DNA from: an uncultured Burkholderiales bacterium
GTDB lineage: Bacteria > Pseudomonadota > Gammaproteobacteria > Burkholderiales > Burkholderiaceae_D
Length of the DNA stretch: 64,000 nucleotides
Assembly (NCBI GenBank): GCA_903836575.1
Contig: CAILRJ010000104.1
Location: 12,050 to 76,049 of the forward strand
Direction of reading: 5' to 3'
The notes beneath the pieces were generated by a model. It had not been told where the DNA came from. It did not search any database and was given only the letters and a program-made list of their open reading frames with translations. This document shows positions 38,438 through 48,349 of the stretch, one piece after another. The position numbers and the translations under genes were made by a program. Each line of letters starts with the position of its first letter. Position 1 is the first letter of the stretch.

Positions 38438-39679
38438 ATGGGTTTCCAGCAAGGTTTGAGCGGACTCAATGCCGCGTCCAAAAGTCTCGAAGTCACCGGC
38501 AATAACGTGGCCAATTCAAGTACTGTCGGGTTCAAGAGCGCGCAAGCCCAGTTCGCCGACGTGTATGCCAGTTCGCTGACCGGCGGTGGCGCATCACAGG
38601 TCGGGATTGGCACCAGTGTCGCGACCGTCGCGCAGCAATTTACGCAAGGTAATGTGACTGCGTCGAATAATCCGCTCGACCTTGCTATTAACGGCGGCGG
38701 TTTTTTTCGGCTCAGTAGCGGCGGTGCGATTACCTACAGCCGTAACGGCCAGTTCCAGCTCGACAAGAATGGCGGGATCGTCAATTCGAAAGGCGCGCAT
38801 CTGACCGGCTTTGCTGTCAATGCTGCGGGTGTGCTGGCGACCGGAACGCCAACGGATCTGGTTATTAATACGGCCGACCTGGCACCGAAAACAACCACTG
38901 AAGTCAATCTGTTGGTCAATCTTGATTCGCGAGAAAACGTGCCGAAAACCTCGCCTTTTAATGCGGGTGATCCAACCAGCTACAACCGTTCGACCTCGGT
39001 ATCGGTTTTCGATTCGCTGGGCAACACACATGTGCTGCAGTCATATTTCGTGAGAACGGCGCCGCTAGCCAGCAGTACTTGGGAGGTTTATGGAACAGCC
39101 GACGGGACGGCGCTGGTTACCACGCCGCTGACGACATCGCCGGTCGGAACACTTGCCTTTAATGCCGATGGTGGACTGACTTCTGCGCAGCCATTTACCG
39201 CTACGCTGAATACGGCAACGACACCGGGTGCCAATCAGCTGTCGTTCAAGTTTAACTTTACCGGAACAACTCAGTTCGGCTCGACTTTCGGTCTCAATAC
39301 CCAGAACCAGGACGGCTACACATCCGGCAAGTTATCTGGCTTTGCGACCGACGCCAGCGGGATCATCACTGGCCGCTACACCAACGGCAAGTCATCCACG
39401 CTGGGACAGGTTTTGCTGGCGAACTTTACCAACCCGAACGGCTTGCAAAATCTCGGCAACAATGTCTGGACCGAGACAGCAGCCTCCGGTGGACCACTGG
39501 TCGGCACACCGAACTCCGGCAATCTAGGTGTGTTGCAATCATCGGCGGTCGAAGATTCGAACGTCGACCTGACCGCTGAACTGGTCAATATGATTACTGC
39601 CCAGCGGTTTTACCAGGCCAACGCGCAAACTATCAAGACCCAGGATCAGGTGCTGCAGACGCTGGTCAATCTGCGTTAA
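38438..39679 (+). CDS. flgE: flagellar hook protein FlgE
   Basis: N-terminus GLSGLNAASKSLEVTGNNVANSSTVGFK and C-terminus VDLTAELVNMITAQRFYQANAQ. Confidence 0.95.
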   Translation: MGFQQGLSGLNAASKSLEVTGNNVANSSTVGFKSAQAQFADVYASSLTGGGASQVGIGTSVATVAQQFTQGNVTASNNPLDLAINGGGFFRLSSGGAITYSRNGQFQLDKNGGIVNSKGAHLTGFAVNAAGVLATGTPTDLVINTADLAPKTTTEVNLLVNLDSRENVPKTSPFNAGDPTSYNRSTSVSVFDSLGNTHVLQSYFVRTAPLASSTWEVYGTADGTALVTTPLTTSPVGTLAFNADGGLTSAQPFTATLNTATTPGANQLSFKFNFTGTTQFGSTFGLNTQNQDGYTSGKLSGFATDASGIITGRYTNGKSSTLGQVLLANFTNPNGLQNLGNNVWTETAASGGPLVGTPNSGNLGVLQSSAVEDSNVDLTAELVNMITAQRFYQANAQTIKTQDQVLQTLVNLR

Positions 39680-39719
39680 TTTCTAGTCGCTAATGGCTGA
39701 CAGTAACAGGGAGTATTGA

Positions 39720-40457
39720 ATGGACCGGATGATCTACACCGCGATGACCGGTGCCAAACATGTGATGGAGCAGCAAAGCACGACCGCCAACAACCTCGCC
39801 AATGCGACGACGACCGGTTTCCGGGCGCAGCTTGATACGTTCCGGGCGGTGCCAGTGCAGGGTCCGGGACTGGCTACGCGGGCTTTTGTGGTTGACTCGA
39901 CTGCGGGTACTGATTTTTCGCAGGGTGCATTTCAAGAGACAGGCCGTGCGCTGGACGTCGCGATCCAGGGTAAGGGTTGGCTGGCCGTCGAGATGCCGGA
40001 CGGTTCGGAAGCCTACACCCGCCATGGCAGCCTGAAGGTCAATGAGAACGGTCTGCTGCAAACCCAAGCCGGATTCAATATTGTGGGCGACGGCGGGCCG
40101 ATCACGATCCCGCCTGACGTCAGCGTGACGATCGCCAAAGATGGCACCGTGTCCTCGGTGGAGTCCGGCTCCAAGCCGGGGCAAGCCGTCATCATTGGTC
40201 GCATTAAACTGGTCAATCCGCCCGAAGAGACGATGACCCGTGGCGACGACACGCTGTTCCGGGTCAAGAATCCCGATGGTGTCGAAGCTGACCCCAATGT
40301 GACGCTGGTCGGTGGCGCGCTAGAGAGCAGTAATGTCAGCGTGGTCGATGCGATGGTCAATATGATCAGCCTGTCGCGCCAGTTCGAGATGCACATGAGC
40401 TTGCTCAAAAATGCAGAAACCAATTCGACCAAAGCGGCACAGATCCTGGCCTTCTAA
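39720..40457 (+). CDS. flgF: flagellar basal-body rod protein FlgF
   Basis: MDRMIYTAMTGAK....Q...ANNLAN..T.GFR N-terminus and SNVS.VDAMV.MI..SR.FE C-terminus. Confidence 0.95.
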   Translation: MDRMIYTAMTGAKHVMEQQSTTANNLANATTTGFRAQLDTFRAVPVQGPGLATRAFVVDSTAGTDFSQGAFQETGRALDVAIQGKGWLAVEMPDGSEAYTRHGSLKVNENGLLQTQAGFNIVGDGGPITIPPDVSVTIAKDGTVSSVESGSKPGQAVIIGRIKLVNPPEETMTRGDDTLFRVKNPDGVEADPNVTLVGGALESSNVSVVDAMVNMISLSRQFEMHMSLLKNAETNSTKAAQILAF

Positions 40458-40612
40458 TCGGAACGGGGCAGCGCGGCAAAGCGCGATCAAGCCCCGAAAA
40501 CTGTCCCATCTCCCCGCATCGATTCTGTCCTCTCTACCGCACAATGATTCTACTGACCGTATGCCGTCACCGGCATCGGTTCCCGCGATGACCGCTTTCC
40601 TGGAGCAAGAAA

Positions 40613-41395
40613 ATGATACGTTCACTGTGGATTTCCAAGACTGGCCTGGAGGCGCAACAGACGCAGATGGACGTCATTTCGAACAACCTGGCCAATGTCA
40701 GTACCAGTGGCTTCAAGCGCTCACGCGCGGTGTTCGAAGACTTGCTGTACCAGACCCTGCGACAGCCCGGTGCGCAGTCATCGCAGCAAACCCAGTTACC
40801 GTCGGGCCTGCAGCTCGGTACGGGCGTGCGACCGGTCGCAACCGAACGGATTTTCACGCAGGGTAACTTGCAGCAAACTAGCAATGACAAGGATGTCGCG
40901 ATCCAGGGACAGGGATTTTTTCAGGTGTTGCTGCCTGATGGCACCACGGCCTACACCCGCGACGGCTCGTTTCAGATCGATAGTCAGGGCCAGATGGTGA
41001 CGTCGAGTGGCTTCGTGATCCAGCCGGCAATCACGATTCCGGCAGCGGCACAGTCACTGACGGTCGGGCGTGATGGCACCATCTCGATCACTCTGCAGGG
41101 GACGGCGGCTGCGACTCAGATCGGCGCGCTGCAACTGGCCACCTTCATCAATCCGGCCGGGCTCGAAAGCAAGGGCGAAAACCTGTACGTTGAAACCGGT
41201 GCGTCCGGCACCGCCAATACCAACACGCCAGGCACCAACGGTGCCGGCATCCTGTCGCAAGGTTACGTCGAGACCTCGAACGTTAGCGTGGTCGAAGAGC
41301 TGGTGAACATGATCCAGACCCAGCGCGCCTACGAAATTAATAGCAAGGCGATCTCGACTTCCGACCAGATGCTGGCCAAGTTGTCGCAGCTCTGA
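40613..41395 (+). CDS. flgG: flagellar basal-body distal rod protein FlgG
   Basis: [35 protein letters not shown] and [24 protein letters not shown]. Confidence 0.95.
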   Translation: MIRSLWISKTGLEAQQTQMDVISNNLANVSTSGFKRSRAVFEDLLYQTLRQPGAQSSQQTQLPSGLQLGTGVRPVATERIFTQGNLQQTSNDKDVAIQGQGFFQVLLPDGTTAYTRDGSFQIDSQGQMVTSSGFVIQPAITIPAAAQSLTVGRDGTISITLQGTAAATQIGALQLATFINPAGLESKGENLYVETGASGTANTNTPGTNGAGILSQGYVETSNVSVVEELVNMIQTQRAYEINSKAISTSDQMLAKLSQL

Positions 41396-41420
41396 TAACG
41401 CCGACTGACGGGAGCCTAAG

Positions 41421-42092
41421 ATGAATCTGATGATGCGTTTGATGTCTGTCCTGATTCTGGTCAGTGTGTTTAGTGGATGCGCAGTGGCACCGAGCACCAT
41501 CGTGCAGCGGCCGGCTATTCCGGTGGCGCCGCGACCACTGCCACTGGCCAGCAGCAATGGCGCTATTTTTCAGACGGCGGCCTACCGCCCGCTGTTCGAG
41601 GACCGCCGCGCGCGCATGATCGGTGACACGCTGACCATCACGATCAATGAGAGAACCACTGCCGGCAAGGCCGGAGCTGCTTCGTCGAGCAAGACCGGAA
41701 GTGCCAGTCTTGCCGTGCCCAAGCTGTTTGGCGTACCGAGCACGACCACTGACCAACTATCCTTGAATGCTAATGGCGGCAACAAATACGACGACAAGGG
41801 TGCGGCCACCTCCAACAACAACTTCAACGGCACAATCGGCGTGACCGTTGTTGACGTGCTGGCCAACGGCTATCTGGTGGTCAGCGGCGAGAAGCAGGTC
41901 GGGCTCGATCGTGGCACCGAATTCATCCGCTTCTCCGGCGTCGTCAATCCTGACTTCATTGTTGGCGGCAACAATATCGCATCGACCCAGGTAGCTGATG
42001 CCCGCGTCGAGTACCGCACCAATACCCACATCGATCCGGCCGAGATGATGGGGCTGCTGACCCGCTTTTTCCTGAGCGTCATTCCGCTCTAA
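41421..42092 (+). CDS. flgH: flagellar L-ring lipoprotein FlgH
   Basis: Lipobox LVSVFSGC and the motif DRRARMIGDTLTITINE. Confidence 0.95.
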   Translation: MNLMMRLMSVLILVSVFSGCAVAPSTIVQRPAIPVAPRPLPLASSNGAIFQTAAYRPLFEDRRARMIGDTLTITINERTTAGKAGAASSSKTGSASLAVPKLFGVPSTTTDQLSLNANGGNKYDDKGAATSNNNFNGTIGVTVVDVLANGYLVVSGEKQVGLDRGTEFIRFSGVVNPDFIVGGNNIASTQVADARVEYRTNTHIDPAEMMGLLTRFFLSVIPL

Positions 42093-42102
42093 AAGGATCA
42101 CC

Positions 42103-43221
42103 ATGAAGACCACACTGCTGGCCAAATTTTTTCTCGCACTGACGTGCGTTGGCAGCCTGTGCAGCGCACCGGCAGTCCATGCCGAGCGCCTCAAAGACCT
42201 CGCCAGCATTCAGGGGGTACGGCAGAATCAGTTGCTTGGATATGGTCTGGTGGTCGGCCTAGATGGGAGTGGGGACCAGACGACGCAGACGCCATTCACC
42301 GTGCAGAGCGTGATCAGCATGCTGCAGGGGATGGGAGTCAACTTGCCTGCGGCGACCACGCTGCAATTGAAAAATGTCGCAGCGGTGATGGTCACAACAT
42401 CCCTGCCTGCGTTTGCCCGGCCAGGCCAGACTCTCGATATCACGGTGTCGTCGATGGGTAATGCGAAGAGCTTGCGTGGCGGTACGTTATTGATGACGCC
42501 CCTTAAAGGCGCCGATGGTCAGATCTATGCAATGGGGCAGGGCAGCCTGATTGTCGGGGGTGTTGGTGCTGCTGCACCCGGAGCGAAAGCGCAAATCAAT
42601 CACTTGAGCGTTGGGCGTATATCAGCCGGCGCAACGGTGGAGCGTTCGGTAGCCAACAGCCTGCAAGACGGCAATGCGATTTTCCTTGAGTTGAAAGAAT
42701 CTGATTTTTCGACAGCTAGTCTGGTAGTCGATGCGGTCAATAAACGCTTCGGTCCAAATACCGCCGCCGCGCAGGATGGTCGTGTGATCAAAGTCAATGC
42801 GCCGATGGGTACCGATGAGAGAGTCGCCTTTCTGGGGTCCCTTGAGAGCCTGACACTGACGCCAGCCCAGGGTAGTGCCAAGATCATCCTTAATGCACGT
42901 ACCGGATCGATCGTGATGAACCAGTCAGTAACGCTGGATGCCTGCGCGGTCGCGCACGGCAACCTGTCGGTAGTGATTAATACGGATACGACAATCAGTC
43001 AGCCCAATGCGCTGGCAGGTGGACAGACCGCTGCCGCACAAAACTCGCAAATCAGCATCACCAAAGAGCCTGGCAAAGTACTGCTGCTCAAAGCCAGCCC
43101 GTCGTTGTCCGAGGTCGTCAAGGCACTCAATGCAATTGGCGCCACACCACAAGACTTGCTGGCGATCTTGCAAGCCATGAAAGCATCGGGCGCGTTGCGT
43201 GCCGAGCTTGAAATTATCTGA
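42103..43221 (+). CDS. flgI: flagellar P-ring protein FlgI
   Basis: Signal peptide, then ERLKDLASIQGVRQNQL.GYGLVVGLDGSGD. Confidence 0.95.
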   Translation: MKTTLLAKFFLALTCVGSLCSAPAVHAERLKDLASIQGVRQNQLLGYGLVVGLDGSGDQTTQTPFTVQSVISMLQGMGVNLPAATTLQLKNVAAVMVTTSLPAFARPGQTLDITVSSMGNAKSLRGGTLLMTPLKGADGQIYAMGQGSLIVGGVGAAAPGAKAQINHLSVGRISAGATVERSVANSLQDGNAIFLELKESDFSTASLVVDAVNKRFGPNTAAAQDGRVIKVNAPMGTDERVAFLGSLESLTLTPAQGSAKIILNARTGSIVMNQSVTLDACAVAHGNLSVVINTDTTISQPNALAGGQTAAAQNSQISITKEPGKVLLLKASPSLSEVVKALNAIGATPQDLLAILQAMKASGALRAELEII

Positions 43222-43232
43222 TCGGAGCGACG

Positions 43233-44141
43233 ATGGCTATCAATCAAATCGGTTTGTCGGCAGACCAGCTTGCCTTCGATGCAAAAGAAGTCGGCAAGTT
43301 GCAGCAAGGGGCGAAGAACAACACGCCCGAAGCGATCAAGGCGTCGGCCAAGCAGTTCGAGGCGCTGTTCATGAACATGATCATGAAGAGCATGCGCGAT
43401 GCGACACCGCCGGATGGTCTGCTGGATAACAATGAGACCAAGACCTATACCGCGATGATGGATCAGAAGGTCAGTGAAAACCTGGCCAAGCGCGGGGTTG
43501 GCCTAGCCGATGTACTGTTTCGGCAATTGTCGGTGGTGACTTCGACACCGGCTAGTGGCGCATCGAATGCGTCGACGCTTGACCCGTCGATGCTCAAGCC
43601 CGCCACACCGCTGAATAATTCGTTCGAGGGCGGCTTGCCCGCATTGACAGTTCCGGTGCGCAAGAGCTATCCGGCTCAGCCGGCGCATGTGAAAGCGTTT
43701 CAGGACAAGCTCGGTGCCGAGGCTGAAATAGCCAGTCGTGCTACCGGTATTCCGGCCAAGTTCATGCTCGGTCAGGCCGCACTCGAAACCGGTTGGGGTA
43801 AAAAAGAAATCATTGCCACTAATGGCAAGACCAGCCACAACCTGTTCGGTATCAAGGCCGGTTCAGGATGGCAAGGCAAGGTCGTCGAGGCCAGGACCAC
43901 TGAATATGTCAATGGTGTTGCGCACAGCCGGATCGAAAAATTCCGCGCCTACGATTCTTACGCCGATGCCTTCAAGGATTACGGCCGGCTCATCACCAAT
44001 AATCCCCGCTACAAGAATGTGATGGATAACGTCACCGATGCAACCGGTTTTGCGCAGAGTCTGCAACGCGCCGGCTATGCGACCGATCCACAGTACGCGG
44101 CCAAAGTGGCCAGCATCATCAAGAACTCATTGCTGGCATAA
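43233..44141 (+). CDS. flgJ: flagellar rod-assembly protein / peptidoglycan hydrolase FlgJ
   Basis: N-terminal rod-binding domain (QFEALFMNMIMKSMR) and C-terminal glucosaminidase domain (AALETGWGK...HNLFGIK). Confidence 0.95.
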   Translation: MAINQIGLSADQLAFDAKEVGKLQQGAKNNTPEAIKASAKQFEALFMNMIMKSMRDATPPDGLLDNNETKTYTAMMDQKVSENLAKRGVGLADVLFRQLSVVTSTPASGASNASTLDPSMLKPATPLNNSFEGGLPALTVPVRKSYPAQPAHVKAFQDKLGAEAEIASRATGIPAKFMLGQAALETGWGKKEIIATNGKTSHNLFGIKAGSGWQGKVVEARTTEYVNGVAHSRIEKFRAYDSYADAFKDYGRLITNNPRYKNVMDNVTDATGFAQSLQRAGYATDPQYAAKVASIIKNSLLA

Positions 44142-44164
44142 AACGTTACGGCGCGATACGGCGC

Positions 44165-44191
44165 TCAAGTTTCCGGCGGCGCTGCCGTCAA
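44165..44191 (+). promoter_or_regulatory. sigma-28 (FliA) class 3 promoter of flgKL
   Basis: TCAAGTTT-N11-GCCGTCAA, 31 nt upstream of the flgK ATG, in the 81-nt flgJ-flgK gap. Confidence 0.6.
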
Positions 44192-44222
44192 CAGCTTTGT
44201 CACCGGAAAGAAGATAACTATC

Positions 44223-46148
44223 ATGGGCAATATACTAAGCGTTGGTCAAAGTGGATTACTGGCAGCCCAGCTCGGGGTGACCACGACGGGGCATAACATC
44301 GCCAATGCAGCGACACCCGGATACAGTCGTCAAGTAGTAATCCAAACCTCGGCCGGCGGCCAGAGTTCGGGTGATGGTTTCGTGGGGCAGGGCACAACAG
44401 TGGCATCGATCCAGCGGGTGTACGACGCCTACACCGCGACCCGTGTCAACGCTGCGCAGACCAGCAAGGCCAGTCTGGATGCGTATTCCACACAGGTCTC
44501 GCAGATCAATAATTTGCTGGCCGACTCAACGACAGGTCTGTCGCCAACCCTCAGTAATTTTTTCAACAACGTGCAGGGGCTGGCGGCAGCACCGAACGGC
44601 ACCGCACAGCGCCAGACCATGCTGTCTGCGGGCGAGTCACTGGCGGCACGCTTCAAGAGTCTCGATGGCCAGTTGTCCCAAATCGGCGAGGGAGTCAACG
44701 CGCAGATCATCAGCAATGTCGGATCGATTAATGCTTACGGCCAGCAAATTGCCAAGCTCAACGATGCCATCGAAAAGGCAAGTTCCGGCGATGGCGGTGC
44801 GCCACCGAACGATTTGCTCGATCAGCGCGACCAGATCGTTTCCGAACTGAGCAAGCTGGTCAAGGTCTCGGTGGATAATCAGGCCGGCAGCGGATATAAC
44901 GTCAGCATCGGCAACGGCCAGCCGATTGTGGTCGGGGCAACCACGTTTGCTCTCAGCATTGCCACCTCGCAGACCGATGCCAGCAAACTGGTCGTCGCGT
45001 ACAAGAGTGGTAACGCTTTGCTGCAGTTACCGGACTCGTCGATCAGCGGCGGTACCCTCGGTGGTTTGCTCGACTTTCGTACCAATTCACTCGATCCTGC
45101 CCGCAACGAGCTGGGTCGCGTCGCGATCGGACTGTCAGCTAGCTTCAATGAACAGTCGAGACTCGGAGTCGATCAAAACGGCAAGCCTGGCACGGACTTT
45201 TTTAAACTAACGGGACCAATAGTTTCGGCGAACAGTACCAATTCCAACAGCAATCCAGCCATTACTGCAACGATCGCATCGTCGACCGATGCGGTCGACC
45301 TGACTGCTAGCGACTACAGCGTTGCTTACGACGGTACCAATTATACGGTCACGCGCTTGAGCAATAACTCGCAAGTCTATCAAGGTGGCTTTCCGCCACT
45401 AAAATCGGTGGACGGCATGACCTTCTCGGTCGGCGCCGGGACTATGGCGGCAAATAGTAGTTTCCTGGTACGTCCGACCGTTGCTGCTGCTGGCAGCATA
45501 GCCGTTTTACTGACCGATGCCAGCGAAATTGCCGCTGCCGCACCAGTTGTGCTTGCCTCGACATCGACCAATGGCGGTAATGGCAAGATCAGTGAGGGCG
45601 TCGTTGATGCTAGCTTTCTGAGTTCGCCACCGACCTTGCCGGTAACGTTCAAGTTCAGTAATGGAAAAATCGACACGGTGCCGACTTCGACTAACTTTCC
45701 GGTAACGTATTCCTCGGGTGGCAATATCAGTATTGGCGGCGTCAGCTTCAACATCACCGGCGCTCCACTCGAAGGTGATACCTTCAAGATGAGTACCAAT
45801 ACGACGGGCGTAGCGACCGGCGACAGTCGTAATGCAGTGGCACTTGGCGCACTACAGACCAAGAGTTTGCTAGTTGGTGTCGGTGGTGCTGCAAGTACCA
45901 CCTTGTCAGGTGCGTTCGGTCTGATGGTCAACAACGTGGGTAACAAAACCCGCGAGGTGGTGGCCAATGCGGCGTCGGAAGGCAAGCTGGTTGATAGCGT
46001 ACTAGCCATCCAGCAATCACAATCCGGCGTCAATCTCGATGAAGAAGCCAGCAATTTGCTGCGCTACCAGCAGGCCTATCAGGCCGCCGGAAAAATCATG
46101 CAAACCGCCAGCACGCTGTTCGATGTTTTACTTAGCCTTGGCCGATAG
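44223..46148 (+). CDS. flgK: flagellar hook-filament junction protein FlgK
   Basis: N-terminus GQSGLLAAQLGVTTTGHNIANAATPGYSRQ and C-terminus VNLDEEASNLLRYQQAYQAAGK. Confidence 0.95.
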   Translation: MGNILSVGQSGLLAAQLGVTTTGHNIANAATPGYSRQVVIQTSAGGQSSGDGFVGQGTTVASIQRVYDAYTATRVNAAQTSKASLDAYSTQVSQINNLLADSTTGLSPTLSNFFNNVQGLAAAPNGTAQRQTMLSAGESLAARFKSLDGQLSQIGEGVNAQIISNVGSINAYGQQIAKLNDAIEKASSGDGGAPPNDLLDQRDQIVSELSKLVKVSVDNQAGSGYNVSIGNGQPIVVGATTFALSIATSQTDASKLVVAYKSGNALLQLPDSSISGGTLGGLLDFRTNSLDPARNELGRVAIGLSASFNEQSRLGVDQNGKPGTDFFKLTGPIVSANSTNSNSNPAITATIASSTDAVDLTASDYSVAYDGTNYTVTRLSNNSQVYQGGFPPLKSVDGMTFSVGAGTMAANSSFLVRPTVAAAGSIAVLLTDASEIAAAAPVVLASTSTNGGNGKISEGVVDASFLSSPPTLPVTFKFSNGKIDTVPTSTNFPVTYSSGGNISIGGVSFNITGAPLEGDTFKMSTNTTGVATGDSRNAVALGALQTKSLLVGVGGAASTTLSGAFGLMVNNVGNKTREVVANAASEGKLVDSVLAIQQSQSGVNLDEEASNLLRYQQAYQAAGKIMQTASTLFDVLLSLGR

Positions 46149-46159
46149 GAGTCCGGATC

Positions 46160-47389
46160 ATGCGTATCAGTACCGCTGCTTTTTATGACAACGCCAGCAC
46201 CAAAATCAGCGACCTGCAATCGAGCGTGGCGCAAAAACAGACGCAAATTGCCTCTGGCAAGCGCATCCTGACTCCGGCCGATGATCCTGTGGCGGCGGCG
46301 GCTGCGCTCAGAGTATCGCAAGCCATCGACATCAATACCCAGTTTGCCGCTAACCGCGATACCGCGAAGAGCGCGTTATCTCTGCAGGAAAGCATCCTTG
46401 GCAATTACACGACCTTGCTGCAAAATGTAAAAACGCTGACTATTGCTGCCGGCAATGGCGCACTCGATGACAGTCAGCGTCAATACATGGCCAGCGAACT
46501 GGCCGGTCGTTATCAGGAACTGATGGGTATCGCAAACAGCCGTGACAGTACTGGCAATTACATCTTTGGCGGTTTTCAAAACACCACCGCACCATTTACC
46601 GACGTCTCGGGAACAGACGCCACTTATACCGGCGACCAAGGCCAGCGCCAGCTGCAAGTGAGCACCTCGCGCCAGCTACCGATCAACGATCCCGGCAGTG
46701 CGATTTTTCAGAATATCAAGAGCGGTGACGATAGCGTGTCAGTGACACCTGATGTCAGCAACACTAGCGTTGTCGCCGGTACCGTAGGTGCAGGTGTCGT
46801 GACTGATGCGACGGCGTTGAAGCATCATAATTACAGTATCGATTTCACGATGATTGCCGGTGTTAAAAGTTACGTAGTCTACGACTTGAGCGCTGATCCA
46901 GGAAAAACCAAGCCACCGTTAGCGTCGGCCAATTACACAGATGGCCAGGACATTGCCTTTGCTGGCTTGAAATTTACCACCACTGGATCGCCCGACATCG
47001 GCAACAAGTTCAACGTCAATCCGAATGCACAGAGCATCTTCAAAACTATCGGTGACCTGATTACGTCGTTGAATACGCCAGCAACTACGGCGGGCGCCAA
47101 AGCTAGTCTGACAGCCAGTCTCAGTTCGGCGAACAACAATGTGACAGCGGCATTGGATACGGTGTTGAACGTACGGGCAGCGGGTGGTGCACGATTGCAG
47201 GAACTCGACACGCTCGACACCGAAGGCGATAACCGTAGTTTGCAATATGCGTCGACCTTGTCGGGCCTGCAGGATCTCGACTACGCCAAGGCGATCAGCG
47301 AATTGACGCAGAACCAACTGACGTTGCAAGCGGCCCAGCAATCGTTCGTCAAGATCGCAAATTTGTCGCTCTTCAATTACATCAACTGA
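46160..47389 (+). CDS. flgL: flagellar hook-filament junction protein FlgL
   Basis: MRISTAAFYDNA... flagellin-like N- and C-termini, directly after flgK. Confidence 0.9.
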   Translation: MRISTAAFYDNASTKISDLQSSVAQKQTQIASGKRILTPADDPVAAAAALRVSQAIDINTQFAANRDTAKSALSLQESILGNYTTLLQNVKTLTIAAGNGALDDSQRQYMASELAGRYQELMGIANSRDSTGNYIFGGFQNTTAPFTDVSGTDATYTGDQGQRQLQVSTSRQLPINDPGSAIFQNIKSGDDSVSVTPDVSNTSVVAGTVGAGVVTDATALKHHNYSIDFTMIAGVKSYVVYDLSADPGKTKPPLASANYTDGQDIAFAGLKFTTTGSPDIGNKFNVNPNAQSIFKTIGDLITSLNTPATTAGAKASLTASLSSANNNVTAALDTVLNVRAAGGARLQELDTLDTEGDNRSLQYASTLSGLQDLDYAKAISELTQNQLTLQAAQQSFVKIANLSLFNYIN

Positions 47390-47569
47390 TTTTGGTGTGG
47401 GGGGGCGAACCCCACCTCTTATGCATTAATCATCTTCAACCGGGTTCCTCGTAATCGAGGAAAGTGGAACAACGCCACTTAAACCTGCCAACGGGCGGCA
47501 AGCTGTACGGTGATTTCGTACTGATGAAATGGTAGAAGCAGCCCCATTAGCTTGTGGTGATAACGCAGA

Positions 47570-48100
47570 TCATATCGACGGACGACGCACTGGTGCGTTT
47601 GCTTGATGTAGCTGATTCTCCGTTTGACCAGCAGTTGCGTCAGTTTGTGTTGACCGTGTCCGGGACGACACCGGCCAATGTTGAATCTGAGGTGTCTGAG
47701 GTGTCTGAGGTGTCTCAGGTTCGCCGTTTGTTTGGCCAACGGTCACGTCAGCTTGGTTTGAGCGCGCTGAAGGAGTTGTTCTTTGAGAACGGGCTGATCG
47801 CGTCTTTTGCTTAGCGTTGGGTTCGCGCATTGGAATTGTCCTGACCGACACATCCGGCGCAATCGCGACACGTTTTTGTCTAACCGACCTAGGCAGAACG
47901 TCTCTTATTTCATCGAGCAACGCCAGTTGCTGGGCAGATTGAGGTGGTGAAGTGCGCGGGTCTGTGCGAACAGACGTGTTCGCGGCCCGCATTGCCCCGT
48001 GATTTCTCTGGTCAGTCGTTGTGTTCAGGTCGCCATTCCCGTTCATCGCTGTGGTTGTCGCTGTCGTTTTTGGTGTTATCTGTTTTGCCGGAATTTTCAT
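47570..48100 (-). CDS. questionable ORF: basic T/Q/R/P/S-rich low-complexity protein (176 aa) in the flg/fli spacer
   Basis: Longest ORF in the spacer, with an ATG start and a weak RBS. It uses many rare codons (AGA, AGG, ATA, CTA) and has weak GC3 bias. It carries a QTPQTPQTP repeat from the 9-bp tandem repeat. A competing 86-aa ORF lies on the plus strand (47554-47814). Confidence 0.3.
   Translation of the reverse strand: MKIPAKQITPKTTATTTAMNGNGDLNTTTDQRNHGAMRAANTSVRTDPRTSPPQSAQQLALLDEIRDVLPRSVRQKRVAIAPDVSVRTIPMREPNAKQKTRSARSQRTTPSARSNQADVTVGQTNGEPETPQTPQTPQIQHWPVSSRTRSTQTDATAGQTENQLHQANAPVRRPSI
47686..47720. repeat. 9-bp tandem repeat, about 3.9 copies (TCTGAGGTG)
   Basis: TCTGAGGTG TCTGAGGTG TCTGAGGTG TCTCAGGT, read directly from the sequence. 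Confidence 0.9.
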
Positions 48101-48312
48101 GATGTTCCCATAAGAAAAAAACTACATTCGGTATGAATTTCTACGGCTAAGGAAATTTTTGCCTAGCCTGTCGATTTCGTAATGGCAGAGAAATTTTTTT
48201 TGACCAGAGTCGCATTTGTTGCGAATGCGAGCATGCATGAGGGCAACCGTTCGATAGGCCTTTGCCAAATGTTTAGGAGCCTATTTCTAATGAGTAGAAA
48301 AAGGTCACAAAT

Positions 48313-48349
48313 AGTTCAGTTCAGTTCAGCTCAGTTCAGCTTAGTTCAG
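48313..48349. repeat. imperfect GTTCA pentamer / 10-mer repeat tract
   Basis: AGTTCAGTTCAGTTCAGCTCAGTTCAGCTTAGTTCAG, about 85 nt downstream of the stop of the fliR-tail gene. Confidence 0.85.

Noticed and set aside
48121-48160. Sigma-28-like sequence (minus strand CTAGGCAA-N11-GCCGTAGA) upstream of the 176-aa spacer ORF.
   Set aside because: The -35 element matches almost nothing and the -10 matches only 5 of 8 positions. It is far weaker than the flgM and flgK sites.
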